A stretch of DNA of 64,000 bases from Eledone cirrhosa (taxonomy: Eukaryota), in NCBI GenBank assembly GCA_964016885.1, contig OZ024740.1:311736001-311800000 (forward strand), read 5' to 3'. Below, one piece after another: positions 13,010 through 26,289 of the stretch. A program made the translations under genes and the position numbers. Each line of letters starts with the position of its first letter. The first letter of the stretch is position 1. Under the pieces are notes generated by a model. The model did not search any database and was not told the DNA's origin. It saw only the letters and a list, made by a program, of their open reading frames with translations.

Positions 13010-13704
13010 ACAATACAACACGAATGCTAGATTTCATAATTTTTTTAATTACGCAATAACCATGAAAAGCATTTCTGTGGTGAAATTGTGTTGTCATGAT
13101 ACCATAACGCATTCCATGACACACCGTCTTCAAATGGCACATTAGGAAATCCAAATATAATCCATATGTAAGGCACCGTAGTGTATTGGTATGGAGATAG
13201 ATCCACATATCTAATGCCTAAAATTCAAACTCATATTGTAGTCTGTTTGGCGCCCCACTAAAGATAAGAATGTGGATCGAAACAGCAAACTTGATGGCTC
13301 CTGTAGCCACATCAAACTGGGGCTATAAACATTGGGTTGTGGCAAGGGAAGTGCTCGTCAGTAACAGCATCAATCAATTTTAAAATGAGGGATAAAAAGA
13401 CATGGCGATAATCAACAGTCAAAGAAAGCTCCTTCTCTTAACCGCGCCTATCAAAACACACTGTAAGATTAACGTGAATCATAAATTCATATGACGACAG
13501 GCCTTTAGAATAACAAAATCAAACGCAGATCTGTCTCCATACGGATACATTACTGTGCCTTACATATGGGTTACCTAATGGGCTATCTGATGAGGACGTG
13601 TCATGGATTGCCTCATGATATCATGATGCAACCATTTCACCACAGAAATACGTGTTATGACTATTGCGTAATTAAAGAGAGTATGAAATTTAGTCTAGTT
13701 GTTG

Positions 13705-13710
<6 letters not shown>
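13010..13710. mobile_element. Old fold-back PLE remnant (diverged inverted arms, each with a degenerate HHR)
   Basis: 13010-13260 is a diverged reverse complement of 13480-13710. HHR cores at ~13058-13140 (-) and ~13582-13662 (+). GIY-YIG-like end KKAPSLNR near 13420-13445. Confidence 0.55.
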
Positions 13711-13775
<65 letters not shown>

Positions 13776-14284
13776 AAACACGACTCTGTTGAAGTTTCAT
13801 CTTTTTTATTAAGGAGTTTTTCATATTTCCATATTTCCTTGTTAGTTCTTTATGTTCCTTATGTTAGGTTTGAAATAATAGCGTTCCTACATTATTAAGT
13901 CCATTAATGTTTTCAAGACCTTTACGACCTCATTTTCAGAATAAGAATGGTAATATTAGAAGCGTATTCATCACGTGGTTAGCAGTGTTCGTAAAAGATT
14001 ATGAGAGCGGTAACACCATTGTGGACGCCTGATTCAAAAATGATTAGACGGTTGAAACATGGAAGTTTTTATAACTGATTTCATGTGTGCCGTAACTATG
14101 TGTTAATTTTTGTTATATAATTTGATACTAGTAAAGCTGCCACAATTCCTCTCCTTGATTTGTGTGGGATTTTATATATCTAGAATTATATTGCCAACCT
14201 TGAGAACTGTCGTGTTTCAATATATCATATTCAGAAGAAATGTTGTTCTTTACTTATATGAATATATGTACACAATATATAGAC

Positions 14285-15338
14285 ATTATTACAACACTCT
14301 CTCAGTTACCCTCTCTATATCTACCACGACACAGTCTCTTTCATCTCCCTCTCTATATTTATCTGCATTTATCTCTCCCGATTCCCTTCTCTATACAAAT
14401 AATCACCAAACACACCCCTCTCTATATTTATCTTACTACGTTCTCATTATCCCCTTCTCTATATCAATTAACACCCCCCCCCCCCTTTCAATATATACTA
14501 CACGGAACTCTCTTCTAATCCCTCTCTCTATATCAATAAACACATATCTCCCCCCCTCACTATATCTACTACACGGAACTCTCTTCAATCCCTCTCTCTA
14601 TATCAATTGCCACCAAACTCTCCTCCTCTCTATATCTACCATACAGCACTCTGTCTCAATTCATCTCACTCTATCCATCACCAGTTAACTCTATATCTCT
14701 TATACAACACTCTCTTCCAATCCCCCTCACTCAATCTTTTACCACCACTTCTCCCCCTCTCTCTATATCTATATCTATCTCTCCCAATCCCCCTCTCTAT
14801 ATAAATCCCCACTTCTCTCTCCCACTCTCTATGTCTACCATACTCTCTCTCTCTCATTCCCTCTCACACTTTCCATCACTACCAAACCCCCCCCTCTATA
14901 TATCTACCATACAACACTCTCGCTCATTCGCTCTCACGCTTTCCATCACTACCAAACACTCTCCCTTTCTATATCTACTACACGGAACTCTCTTCCAATC
15001 CCTCTCTGTATATCAATAAACATCAATATCTCCCCCTCTCTATATCTAATATACAACACACTCTCCCACCCCCTTCTCTATATCAATTACTACCAAACTC
15101 TCCCCCTTTCTATATCTACCATTCGACACTCTCTCTCAATGCATCTCAACCTAACCATCACCAGTCAACTCTCTTCCTCTCTATATCTAATATACAACAC
15201 ACTCTCCCAACCTTCCTCTCTATATCAATTGCCACCAAACTATTCCCCTCTCTATATCTAATATACAACACACTCTCCCACCCTTCCTCTCTATATCAAT
15301 TGCCACCAAACTATCCCCCTCTCTATATCAATTACCAC
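14285..15338. repeat. Degenerate CT-rich minisatellite (~60-65 bp unit)
   Basis: Recurring CCCTCTCTATATCTACCATACAACACTCTC...CCCTCTCTATATCAATTACCACCAAACT; it resumes at 20247-20590 after the LINE. Confidence 0.85.
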
Positions 15339-15534
15339 TTGATATAGACGTGATTTACTTTGCTCCGGATTTTTACGGATTATTGTCAAAAAAACTGCGA
15401 GTTCATTGCTCAATTTAATAACATTGTTTAGTTTAACCCCTTGCCTGGGCCGTCAGACGTTGAGTCAACAAATTTTCGCCCCTTTCTGGGGCGAAATTTT
15501 CAATTTTCATCTCAAAACTGTAGACTTGGTGGCA

Positions 15535-16695
15535 ATGGATGCCATTTCCACCTCGCACACTGTCGTGAGTGCCACGCCCACTAAGAAAAGTGGTGGAGGG
15601 AAGGTAGGAGTACAAAGCTTGCAGCCTTCCCCCCTCGCATCATCGAAAAACGTGAAAAATATCGAAACCGCGAAACCAAACCCGGTAAATAATACCAGCA
15701 CCAACAACAACAACAATGACAATAACACCACAACCAACAACAAGAACAATGACAATAACACCACAACCAACAACTGCAACAATAGCAACACCAAGGAAAA
15801 CATGAACAATATTACCAACAGTGACAGTAACAAAAAAGACAACAACACCAAAACAACATTCGCACAGACTGTAAAAAAAAACGAACTATACACGCCAATA
15901 GACATAACAAATGCTAAACAACTATTACAAGACGCAAAACAATTCGTGACTTTTGGCGAAAACGGTGCTTTTAGCGTCAATTCTCCACAGGAATTACGTA
16001 GAGAGGCTGTCTTGAAAACTGTGGTTTTCAGGACAATATCGAACGAAACAAGAAAACCAGCTCAATTATCACAAAATGAAATTGCGCTGGTTCTAAAAGA
16101 TGCAATGAAGGACTTAACCTTCATACAAAAAGGTAAACTGTTTGGTAGCATTTCGGTGCTAATGAACAACCAGTCAACAGCTCAAAAGTACTCGGTATCA
16201 CCGATTGTGTCCCCCCGCTTCACCTTTTTCCCCACATACAGGGGAAAAAGGACACAAAGAATAAAAATAATGAGTATCACACCAAATGTAAATATTTGGT
16301 GGATACTATGTGGAATCATTGACTTTGACGAAGACAAGATAATTTCAATAGGAAAGTCCTCCGGAGGTGTATTTGGTGGGACCACCGTAGAAGTTCTGGT
16401 GCAAATGAGCCCAGAACGAATAGCCAATATCCCACAACGCGTGCCTCTGGACGGGCCAACTTATATAAACATTTCAGTGGAGGGAAGGCGGCCGTCATGT
16501 TACCACTGCTTAAGCAGGGGTCACCTGAGGGCTGCCTGTCCTCAATTAACGAGTAAAAAAAAAGGCTCTTCTGCCAACCCCGAACACAACAACACAACCA
16601 CCACCACCACCACCACAACAACAACAACAACAACCACAACAACACGGAAAAATAACAACACAAAACACTGTTCCACCCAACCCCTCCCCACCTAA
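15535..16695 (+). CDS. Tx1 ORF1 (gag-like nucleic-acid-binding protein); C-terminus probably continues frameshifted to ~17368
   Basis: First ATG at 15535. Zinc knuckle CYHCLSRGHLRAACP; Asn/Thr low-complexity tracts. Confidence 0.75.
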   Translation: MDAISTSHTVVSATPTKKSGGGKVGVQSLQPSPLASSKNVKNIETAKPNPVNNTSTNNNNNDNNTTTNNKNNDNNTTTNNCNNSNTKENMNNITNSDSNKKDNNTKTTFAQTVKKNELYTPIDITNAKQLLQDAKQFVTFGENGAFSVNSPQELRREAVLKTVVFRTISNETRKPAQLSQNEIALVLKDAMKDLTFIQKGKLFGSISVLMNNQSTAQKYSVSPIVSPRFTFFPTYRGKRTQRIKIMSITPNVNIWWILCGIIDFDEDKIISIGKSSGGVFGGTTVEVLVQMSPERIANIPQRVPLDGPTYINISVEGRRPSCYHCLSRGHLRAACPQLTSKKKGSSANPEHNNTTTTTTTTTTTTTTTTTRKNNNTKHCSTQPLPT

Positions 16696-17410
16696 AACAA
16701 ATACAAAAGCAACCACAACAAAACCCCAAAATATGCCCCTCCCCAACAACACGGAAGAGGACTCTGTATCAACGTCACCCAGTGACGACGTGGGAGAACC
16801 CTTTCAACAGGTGAAAAGGAAAAAAAAGGCACCACATTAACAAAAATGCCACAAACACACAGCCACCAGCACAAACAGAACAAACATCACAAATAAAAAA
16901 CCCCACCCCTCCCCAAAACATAACACGTACTATAAAACGCAAACACGCACAAGAACAACAAACAAAAACAAACACAACACAACAAAACTCTATACATACA
17001 TTAACAAGAACAATAAAACGTTGATGAAAGCGATAGAAAATGACCCTTCGGTGGAAACCGAAGGGATCACTTTCACCTACGCAGCGAACACACCGCACCT
17101 AATGATGATTAGGGTCCCAACGGAAACCTATGTAACTTTGAAAAAGAACCATCCAATGCATGTGGGGACCAACTGCACCAAACCACATAACAGCGTCCTA
17201 TTGAGATGTTTCCCCACCCCCACACCAGACACCCACACCCCACCAAACACCCTAATCCCACCACACACTGATGTCCTCACCCCACCACAAACCACCATCC
17301 CACCAAACAACCCTTCCAACACCCCCATGGAAATTGTGCAGCCTGGTCCCCAGGAGACGAAGAGGTAAGTAATTTCCTTTCCTCTTCCTTTTTACCTCTT
17401 CAGCACCAAC

Positions 17411-18676
17411 ATGGCCAATATAAGAGTTGGATGTGTGAATGCACGCGGCTTGGGGATGTCCTGGAAACAGGGCAAACTCTTAAATGACCTCAGGTCGCAC
17501 AGAGTGGATGTAATGGTTATTTGCGAGTCCAGGATCAGCAGCGAGCGCCAACTGGCCCCCATCTTCGACGACTTTGAGATCTACGCATCTCTCTGTCAGC
17601 CGAGGGGTGGGAGTGGGGTTGTCGTTCTGCTGCGAAAATACCTGGGTCTTGCCACACAGAAGGTACACCTGGACCCGGAGGGTCGACTGGTGGTTTTAGA
17701 CGTCGGCAGTGGTGAAGGTGGAGCTTTCAGGCTGGTGGCAGCGTATACCCCATCTGGGACACCGCGACCGGACTTCTTCCGACGCCTGGAGAATTTCCTG
17801 GGTACGTCTCGCTCCTTGCTTTTAGTGGGGGACTGGAATGGTATCCTGGATGCACGTTGGGACTATGTAGGGGCATGTCCCGATAGAGGGGGGTGTAACA
17901 GCCTCAAACGATTAATCGGCCGATTTGATCTGGCCGATAGATATCGACTAGATTTTCCGACTGTGCCACGGTGGACGTGGAGTAATCGCAGCGGAACATC
18001 TAGGTCGTACCTAGATAGGTTCCTAGTTAGAAATAAGGATAGGGACATATTAAGCTGTCCACGAATGTTCATGGTTGACTATTCGGATCACAAGTTGGTG
18101 ACCGGAGTGGTCAACCTTGATAGAACTCATAGACAGGGACCCGGTTACTGGAAGCTAAACTTGTCTTTACCGACAAACAAAGCTTACAGTAAGCGGATTA
18201 GCACACTAGTTAAGCAGCGTTTGACGGGGGCAATTGTCAACAACAGGTGGTGGGGCTCTCTCAAGAGAGAAATTAGAATAGAATCGATAGGTTTTAGTCG
18301 GGAATTAGCATCAGATAGGAATAGAACTGAAAGGGAATTAACAAATAGAGTAGAAGAGGCGATTAGGAGTGGCAACGTGGCCGGCGTGCTGGCGTCAAGA
18401 ACGGCCCTAGACCAGTTCTTTGATGCGAAGCACGAGGGCTGCGTTGTCAGGAGTAAAATACGTGCTCTGGGTAACGAGGGAGCCAAAGCTGTTAGCTGGG
18501 CCCGAGTGACAGAGGCAAAAAGTGGAAACAAGTCCACGATTCGGTCTTTGAAGGACCAGGATGGACGCGTGATCCTTGAACCTGAGCGGATGAGCGCGGC
18601 CTTTCAACGGCGCTTTGCACGACTGTTCGGGGGGGGGGGGGGCATGGATTTCGGCGGTGTCGGCCTACGCCGATGA
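17411..18676 (+). CDS. Tx1 ORF2 N-terminal part: AP-like endonuclease plus linker
   Basis: Motifs NARGL, CES, GSGVVVL, GDWN, WTW, SYLDRF, SDH, GPGYWKLN. Confidence 0.9.
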   Translation: MANIRVGCVNARGLGMSWKQGKLLNDLRSHRVDVMVICESRISSERQLAPIFDDFEIYASLCQPRGGSGVVVLLRKYLGLATQKVHLDPEGRLVVLDVGSGEGGAFRLVAAYTPSGTPRPDFFRRLENFLGTSRSLLLVGDWNGILDARWDYVGACPDRGGCNSLKRLIGRFDLADRYRLDFPTVPRWTWSNRSGTSRSYLDRFLVRNKDRDILSCPRMFMVDYSDHKLVTGVVNLDRTHRQGPGYWKLNLSLPTNKAYSKRISTLVKQRLTGAIVNNRWWGSLKREIRIESIGFSRELASDRNRTERELTNRVEEAIRSGNVAGVLASRTALDQFFDAKHEGCVVRSKIRALGNEGAKAVSWARVTEAKSGNKSTIRSLKDQDGRVILEPERMSAAFQRRFARLFGGGGGMDFGGVGLRR

Positions 18677-20006
18677 CGTGACAGTAATGGTGTCGTGCGC
18701 CTCGGAAATCGGGCAGATCGGCACCTTACTGGAGGAATATGAAAGGTTCACAGGAGCCAAGCTGAACCGGGACAAGTCCGTCGGTTTGCAACTCGGGACG
18801 TGGAAGGGCAAAACGATACCCTCCGACGGCATCGTCGGACGCTGGACGGAGGGACCGGTGAAGCTGCTCGGGGTCTGGTTCGGACCGGACCTCCAGGTGG
18901 AGAAAAACTGGGACGAGGTAACGGGCAAGGTGTTTGCACTCGCCCAGAAGTGGGCCGAGTGCAAACTATCCCTGAAAGGTCGAGCGGAGGTGGCGAACGC
19001 TTATATAGCGTCCGTCATCTACTACCGCTTGACCGTCGTGCCTTGCCCAGAGAAAACACTCGCCAAAATGGAGCGGGCGCTCTTCCGATTTCTTTGGAAG
19101 AAGCGGGCTCCTTTGGTGAGAAGATCCATCTGCTGTCAACACCCTTCGAACGGAGGGCTGGGGCTGCCGTGGCTGACGATGCGTAGACACGCATTAAGGC
19201 TACGGCACCTCCAGGTATTCCTCACCGGTCAGCCGGTGTGGGCCCTGTTTGTGAGGCGAGCCTTTCCGAGACTCGTCTCACTCACCGAGCTGCAATCATG
19301 GGTCAAGCAAAGACCGAGAAAAGTGGGCGACTGGCACATTGAATGTGCCCAGGCGCTCACGGCCCTCTGGCAAGCGGATCCGGCAATCAGTGGAGACTCA
19401 ACCTCAACATTCTATAGAGGGTTGGTGCGCAGTAAGTGCGACGACGGTCTCGGAGAAGCTCTGGGCATGGAGGAAGACGAGCTGGCCAGTCTGTTCGGTA
19501 GGACGTTTGGCCCGGGACCGATGGACAACTTCCAAAAGTCCCTGGCTTGGCAATGTTACCGAGGAGCTCTACCCGTTCGGGACAAGCTCTACAGACACGG
19601 GCGCCCGGGTAGGGACCTCTCGAAGAAGATCTGTGCGTGACGAGGAAACCGTCGCACACGCATTCGTACACTGCCCGGGCGTTGCTGACCTGTGGGGCTA
19701 TGTAGAACGACTACTGTCGCGGGTGGGACCAATCCGGTTGACCACCGAGAACATTGTCACAATCAAACCGCCTCCCCCTTTCAAAAACGAAGGAGAGGCG
19801 GAGTTGTATGGTGGACAAGGTTAAAAGGGCTGAGGTCAGACACCTATCTCTCCGGCCAACAACTGGTCTTTTTTTTCAAGTACCACTTTAGAAGAAGGAT
19901 CAGAATGGAGAGAGAGGTGCTCTACCCCAGCAAGTTTTATGAAAGATGGGTGAAAGTAGCGAGAATGGCCCGAGTGAATGGGCCTTCTCTCTATATCAGC
20001 CTGTAG
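18644..20006 (+). pseudogene. Tx1 ORF2 C-terminal RT remnant (frameshifted)
   Basis: AYADDVTV, GAKLNRDKS, LLGVWFG, LSLKGR, GGLGLP, EETVAHAFVHCP. RT domains upstream of YADD are missing. Confidence 0.85.
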
Positions 20007-20584
20007 GTGAGAGAGGAGAAGAATGAGAAGAGGAAGGAAGCACCCGCTCTTTGTGCTCCTGAAGAGGAGGGTTGCACATTTTTTCGGGGGTGTGTGCGAA
20101 CCATGTCAACGCCCCTCCCTATTGAGGACATCGATTATTAAATTTAATTTGTTATATGTTTTTTACACGTCTTTTTAAATGTATGTAAACTCCCCCCTTT
20201 GTAGTTGTCCCAATCTTTGATGCCCTGGTGGCAAATAAATAGAAATATATATCTACCATACAAAACACTCTCTGAATCATCTCTCTATATATATACATTA
20301 CCAACAAACTCTCCTTTCTCTATATATATATACCATACAGCACTCTCTTTTAATACCCCTCTCTATATCAATGACCCCAATACTCTCCCCCTCTCTATAT
20401 CTACTACACAGTACTCTCTTCCAATTCCCCTCGCTATATCAATTAACACTAAACTCTCCCCCTGTTTAAATCTATCACGACACCGTCTCTTTCAATCCTT
20501 CTCTCTATACCAATCACCACTACATTCTTCCCGCTCTTTATATCTACCAGTCAACAATCTCTCCCAATCCCCATCTTTATCAAT

Positions 20585-20881
20585 TACTCTCAGGTCTTGA
20601 ATAATAGTTTCCCTCCCCGCTTATTAAATTATTCCGGCGAAATGTTATTGTAAGAGATTCATATTGATATAGCAGCTGCAGAATCTAATAATAATTGTAT
20701 TCTACATAAAAAACAACAAAACCTATTATATATGAGAAAATAAGAACATTACAAGAAATCCCATATTTACGAACATACACTATACAATTAGCGACCCCCC
20801 CCCCCTAGTTTATAAGAATTTAAGCAAATGTCCACCACCCCCGCTTATTCAAACCCCCATTATTATTTGGACCCGATAGTA
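20585..20881. mobile_element. Possible Tc1/mariner/pogo-type MITE
   Basis: Imperfect TIRs TACTCTCAGGTCTTGAATAAT / ATTATTTGGACCCGATAGTA with TA ends. Confidence 0.4.
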
Positions 20882-22104
20882 TATATAAATACAGTGGCGG
20901 TGGAAGCATTTCTGAATTGGTGGGTGTGTGCAAATTTGGTCAATTTAATTGTAGTAATTAGTTCTCTTAATTTGAACCCAAGCAGGTCATATTACATTTA
21001 CAACTTTCAATAATTATAAAGTGATTATAGCAAAATGACCTCTGAAATCTGTCTTTGAATACACATCTAGCAAATTAGCAAATAGTGATATGTGGAGATA
21101 AATTGTAGTGCTTATATAAATCGATGTGTGTTTTGGTAGTTTAGGGAGAAAATATATATAATTATTATGGTGGGTGGAGGGGAATGGACCTCCTTCCCCC
21201 TCCCCCAGTTGCCCTGTACATGCATCTAGCGTAACATATCTAAATTCTAACTTGTGACGTTTTAACATAAAAATGCTCAACAAATACAATAACTAAATAT
21301 AGGGATAAAGAGATATTAAAATGTATTAATGTCAATAAATTACAGACGAATTAAATTAAGTATGAATCTGTATGTCAAGTTTTGTGAAAATCGGTTGCGA
21401 ACTCCAGAAGTTATGACGTTTTGTTGCATTGCACTGCAGTGCTTCAGTCGACTCCAAGGAAGTTGTTAAAGGGGGTTATCTGCCGCTGCCGGGAGGCCCT
21501 ATAATCAATATCTGGAAAAATGAAAGTGCCCATGACCATCCGGAGTACATAAGTAACCTATGTCTTACGTTTGGTGAAAATAATGTAGAAATGCACAAGG
21601 TTTATACATACGCGCGCGCGCGCGCGTGTGTGTGTGTTTGTGAGTGTGTATGTATGTGTATGTCCGTCGGGGCATACGTATGTACTGGCCTAAATCTTCA
21701 CTATTTACTTTTACTATTTTAATAACCTCTGTCATTTTCGTTTTCAATTTTATTTACATCATTCTTAAACTCCGGGACTGAAAATCATTCTGTTATTTTA
21801 AATAGAATATTAGTCTAACGACTCCATTTATACCATAAACTTGGTCTTGTCTTTGCATGAAATTGTTCTTCTCGGTCCACATAACGATGTATTCTCCTCG
21901 CTTTTTTCCGTTCATTACCAGGGAACGTCTTCACGAACCAAAATATCGTCTTCCTGTTTTCCTTCGGTTGCAACGTTTCTCGAAATATTTACTTCTACGT
22001 TCACAGATTAAATTTTTTAGTTTCAGAAGATCCCGTTAATGTTGAAAGCAGCGATTCTTTGCTTAAACTTTAATCTGTTCTTATAACACACACACACACA
22101 CACA

Positions 22105-22241
<137 letters not shown>

Positions 22242-22465
22242 TTTGTACGGCTTTTGGAGGAAGGAGTGACCAGCAGTGCGTTGTTCGGTATTATTACGAA
22301 AAGATGTAGCAGAGAATCCCGCGTCAACTAACAGCTCGTGAGGAAACTGCTTACCCCGAAGATTCATTTGCCATCGTTCTTGTCAACGCTCCGTTTACTT
22401 GGTATTTGTTAGTCTACTTTTAATAATAAAAGACGGGTTAAAGCGACCTACAATGTATTTGTGTG

Positions 22466-22511
<46 letters not shown>

Positions 22512-22681
22512 TATAGATAGGTAAATATACACGGGTGTGTATGATTGTGTATAGAAGATTATATTAATAAGAGGAATTCCAACTTTGTCTGATTTACTCG
22601 TTTTATTTACAATCCTTTAAAATATATATAATGGTATTATAATGAAATAGTATGATAGAATATTAAATTCTAAGTGTTAAT

Positions 22682-22720
22682 TGAACAAGTACTTTCATGC
22701 TTTCGCAATCTTCAGGTTCA
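22682..22720 (-). ncRNA. Minimal hammerhead ribozyme in the inverted pLTR
   Basis: Reverse complement of 26290-26328. Confidence 0.8.
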
Positions 22721-23599
22721 TGATATGTGGTGACAGTCGAGTTTGCAATTTTCAACTGTAATGAGATGGGTAAATTTCCTACCTTTTATACATTTTATAC
22801 AGAGAAAAGTGGCTCCAGAATGCAAAGCCCTGTAAACTGTATTTCGACCAATCAGTGTGTAGTTTCACTTAATTACTACAGCTGATTGGTTTAAGCGTCA
22901 CGGCTGGTTGAGCATGCTAACGACCAATAGTCATATCCAACGTATCAATTGTTTTGCTTTTTTTGAAATGATGAAAATAGCATTTTCTATTAATCATCAC
23001 CATCAACATCACTTTTATTATTATTATTATTGTTGTTGTTGTTGTTGTTAGTGGTCGTGGTCATAGTGGTAGTAGAAGTAATACCCCTAGGCGTTATTAT
23101 TGTTCATTTAGCTTGGGTTTGAATTTATCAATAAAATTCTTTTCTTTGATTTTTCTCTTGATTTCATTTGGGCTGTGTAATTTGTAGAATGGGAATATTA
23201 TAAATATTCCCTGACCACATGTTGCCAGGTGGCCGCTTAGGGGTATCTGACGGACATTTGGGTCTCTGATTTGTTGACGGTGTACCCGTGCACGTTCCGA
23301 TAGTGCATTTCCAGTTTGACCGACATATAGTTCTTCACAATTCGGGCATTTAATGCAGTAAATTAGATTTCTGCTTTTGCAGTTCATATTTGCATTTGTG
23401 AATATTTTTCCAGTTTTTGTTTTCATATATTGACCGGCGTGTATGTTAAAAATAATGCTAACAGGAAGAAAAATAATATACAGAATACCAAAAATAGGAC
23501 AAAATACATAACGAAACCAAATATAATATCACGACCAAAAGTTCATCAAGCGAACACCAACAGGAATATAAATCCTGAACAGAGAAAAATTCATTTTTT

Positions 23600-25906
23600 A
23601 ACGTCAGGACAACAAAAACCGGAAAAAGAAAAACTCCAGGAGGAAACATACCCAAAACAGCTGTACACGTAGATCCTAAAATAATTAATTTATCTAAAAG
23701 AGATCTTGACAATGATGAAATGCAAATTCTGTCAAAAGGACTGAAATTCACACCGACTCCAACAGTCAACCACCAAGAACTGAAGGAGGATACCCAAGAA
23801 TTCTGTCGAAAATTACGTCTTGTAGAATTCTTCGCTGATAAAAATAATGAGAGTGATGAATCACTAGTAAAGAATAAATCAAATTTCACTCCGCCAAAAG
23901 GAAGAAATATCTATCTCGACCAATACATTGACATCCTGTCTAAATTTCCTCTTAGACATAATACTAATGTTAGGCCAAACATTAACAAATCAGAAATGTC
24001 TGCACTTAAACGTATACAAAATGATAAAACAATAATAATTAAACAAGCAGATAAAGGGGGTGCAGTTGTTATAATGGATACTGAATACTACAAGGATTTG
24101 GTTGAGGAACAACTGAAAGACACAACATTCTATCATGAAATACCGTCAAATATAGACCACAACATCATGAAGAAGATCAACAACCTGGCTTCAAAATACC
24201 ACAACTCATTTACTGATAAGGAAAGAGACTACATCACCAATTTTGAGCCGAAACCCAGCAACCTGTATGGCCTACCGAAAGTTCACAAGTCAAAAGAAAT
24301 ACAACTGGCAGTAAGAGAACAAAACAGTGAGTACATTAAATTATTACACCCAAAAGACTTAAAACTTAGACCTATTATAGCTGGTCCAACATGCCCCACT
24401 CACCGTCTAAGCAATTTTGTTGACATTATTTTGAAACCACTATGTATTCACATACCCAGTTTCATCCGGGATGATATCGACTTCCTGTCCCATCTTCCCA
24501 AAACCACGGAAACGAATTCACTTCTACTCAGTTTTGATGTGGTAAGCCTTTACACCAACATTACACATGATTTAGGAATAAAGGCGGTTAAATACTGGGT
24601 GGAAAAACATAGAGAAGTGATTCCCATTAGATTCACAGCGCCATTTATATTAGACGCAGTTAAACTTATTCTGGAAAACAACACTTTCTTCTTCAATGGA
24701 AAGAATTACATCCAAATTAGAGGCACAGCGATGGGAACGAAGTTTGCTCCCGTTTACGCGAACTCTGTAATGGGATACTTAGAACAACAACTCTACCAAG
24801 AAATAGAGGAAAAATATAGTACTGACTTTAGAAAGTACATTGAAAAATCTTGGAAGAGATACCTTGACGACTGTTTCATCATCTGGACAGAATCTCTAGA
24901 TACTCTGGATGAGTTCAATATCCTCCTGAATAACCTACACCCATCTCTCCAATTCACAAAAGAGATGAGTAGGACCAAATTACCATTCCTAGATATAATG
25001 ATAATCAAAAACGACACCACCATTACCACGGATATATATTATAAACACACAGACACCCATCAATATCTGAATTTTAAGTCGTGCCATCCACCTCATACAT
25101 AACGCAACATCCCATACTGCCTAGCCAGAAGAATTTGTACCATTGTAGAAGATACGAATACCAGGTACAAACGCCTAACAGAACTAAGAGAATTTTTGCT
25201 CAAACAAAAATACCCATCTCTACTTATAGAAAATGGCATACAGCGGGCTATAAAAATACCTATACAACAACTTAGAACAACCCAAAGAAGAAGAAACCAA
25301 GAACTGGTCATACCATTTATAATGACACACAACCCATGTCACCAGAATATCTTCAACACTGCCAAAGCAAACCTACCGATCATTGCTCAAAGTAATGAAT
25401 TAAAAGGCTTAATCACAGATCGATCTTTGACTCTTAGTAAAAGACAGCCAAAAAATTTGAAGCAATTGCTAACAAAAGCAAAGTTTGACCTTAACAACAA
25501 AGACCAATCATTCACTGTATCTAAATGCAATGATAATCGATGCGGCACATGTCAATCCATACACGCCGGTCAATATATGAAAACAAAAACTGGAAAAATA
25601 TTCACAAATGCAAATATGAACTGCAAAAGCAGAAATCTAATTTACTGCATTAAATGCCCGAATTGTGAAGAACTATATGTCGGTCAAACTGGAAATGCAC
25701 TATCGGAACGTGCACGGGTACACCGTCAACAAATCAGAGACCCAAATGTCCGTCAGATACCCCTAAGCGGCCACCTGGCAACATGTGGTCAGGGAATATT
25801 TATAATATTCCCATTCTACAAATTACACAGCCCAAATGAAATCAAGAGAAAAATCAAAGAAAAGAATTTTATTGATAAATTCAAACCCAAGCTAAATGAA
25901 CAATAA
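23600..25906 (+). pseudogene. PLE reverse transcriptase-GIY-YIG polyprotein with one premature stop (TAA 25100-25102)
   Basis: IINLS..L...E..IL.KGLKFTP, KQADKGG, YGLPKVHK, RPII, FDVVSLYTNI, GTAMG, RYLDD, FLD, HPPHT*RNIP, CNDNRCGTC, LIYCIKC..C...YVGQT. Both ORF-track pieces are in the same frame. Confidence 0.92.
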
Positions 25907-26069
25907 TAACGCCTAGGGGTATTACTTCTACTACCACTATGACCACGACCACTAACAACAACAACAACAACAATAATAATAATAATAAAAGTGATGTTGA
26001 TGGTGATGTTTAATAGAAAATGCTATTTTCATCATTTCAAAAAAGCAAAACAATTGATACGTTGGATAT

Positions 26070-26230
26070 GACTATTGGTCGTTAGCATGCTCAACCAGCC
26101 GTGACGCTTAAACCAATCAGCTGTAGTAATTAAGTGAAACTACACACTGATTGGTCGAAATACAGTTTACAGGGCTTTGCATTCTGGAGCCACTTTTCTC
26201 TGTATAAAATGTAAAAATGTATAAAAGGTA
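26070..26230 (+). promoter_or_regulatory. Putative pLTR Pol II promoter (CCAAT boxes plus TATA)
   Basis: ATTGG near 26074, CCAAT near 26113, ATTGG near 26150, and TATAAAAG near 26220, about 70 nt upstream of the HHR. Confidence 0.5.
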
Positions 26231-26289
26231 GGAAATTTACCCATCTCATTACAGTTGAAAATTGCAAACTCGACTGTCACCACATATCA

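Larger units (their letters stand above)
15339..20246 (+). mobile_element. Tx1/L1-clade LINE, near full length with internal RT deletion
   Basis: ORF1 with CCHC knuckle; ORF2 with APE endonuclease and C-terminal RT/zinc region; AATAAA at ~20233; interrupts the minisatellite. Confidence 0.9.

Noticed and set aside
25100-25102. In-frame stop as selenocysteine or readthrough
   Set aside because: The codon is TAA, not TGA, at a likely Lys (AAA) position; an ordinary nonsense mutation.
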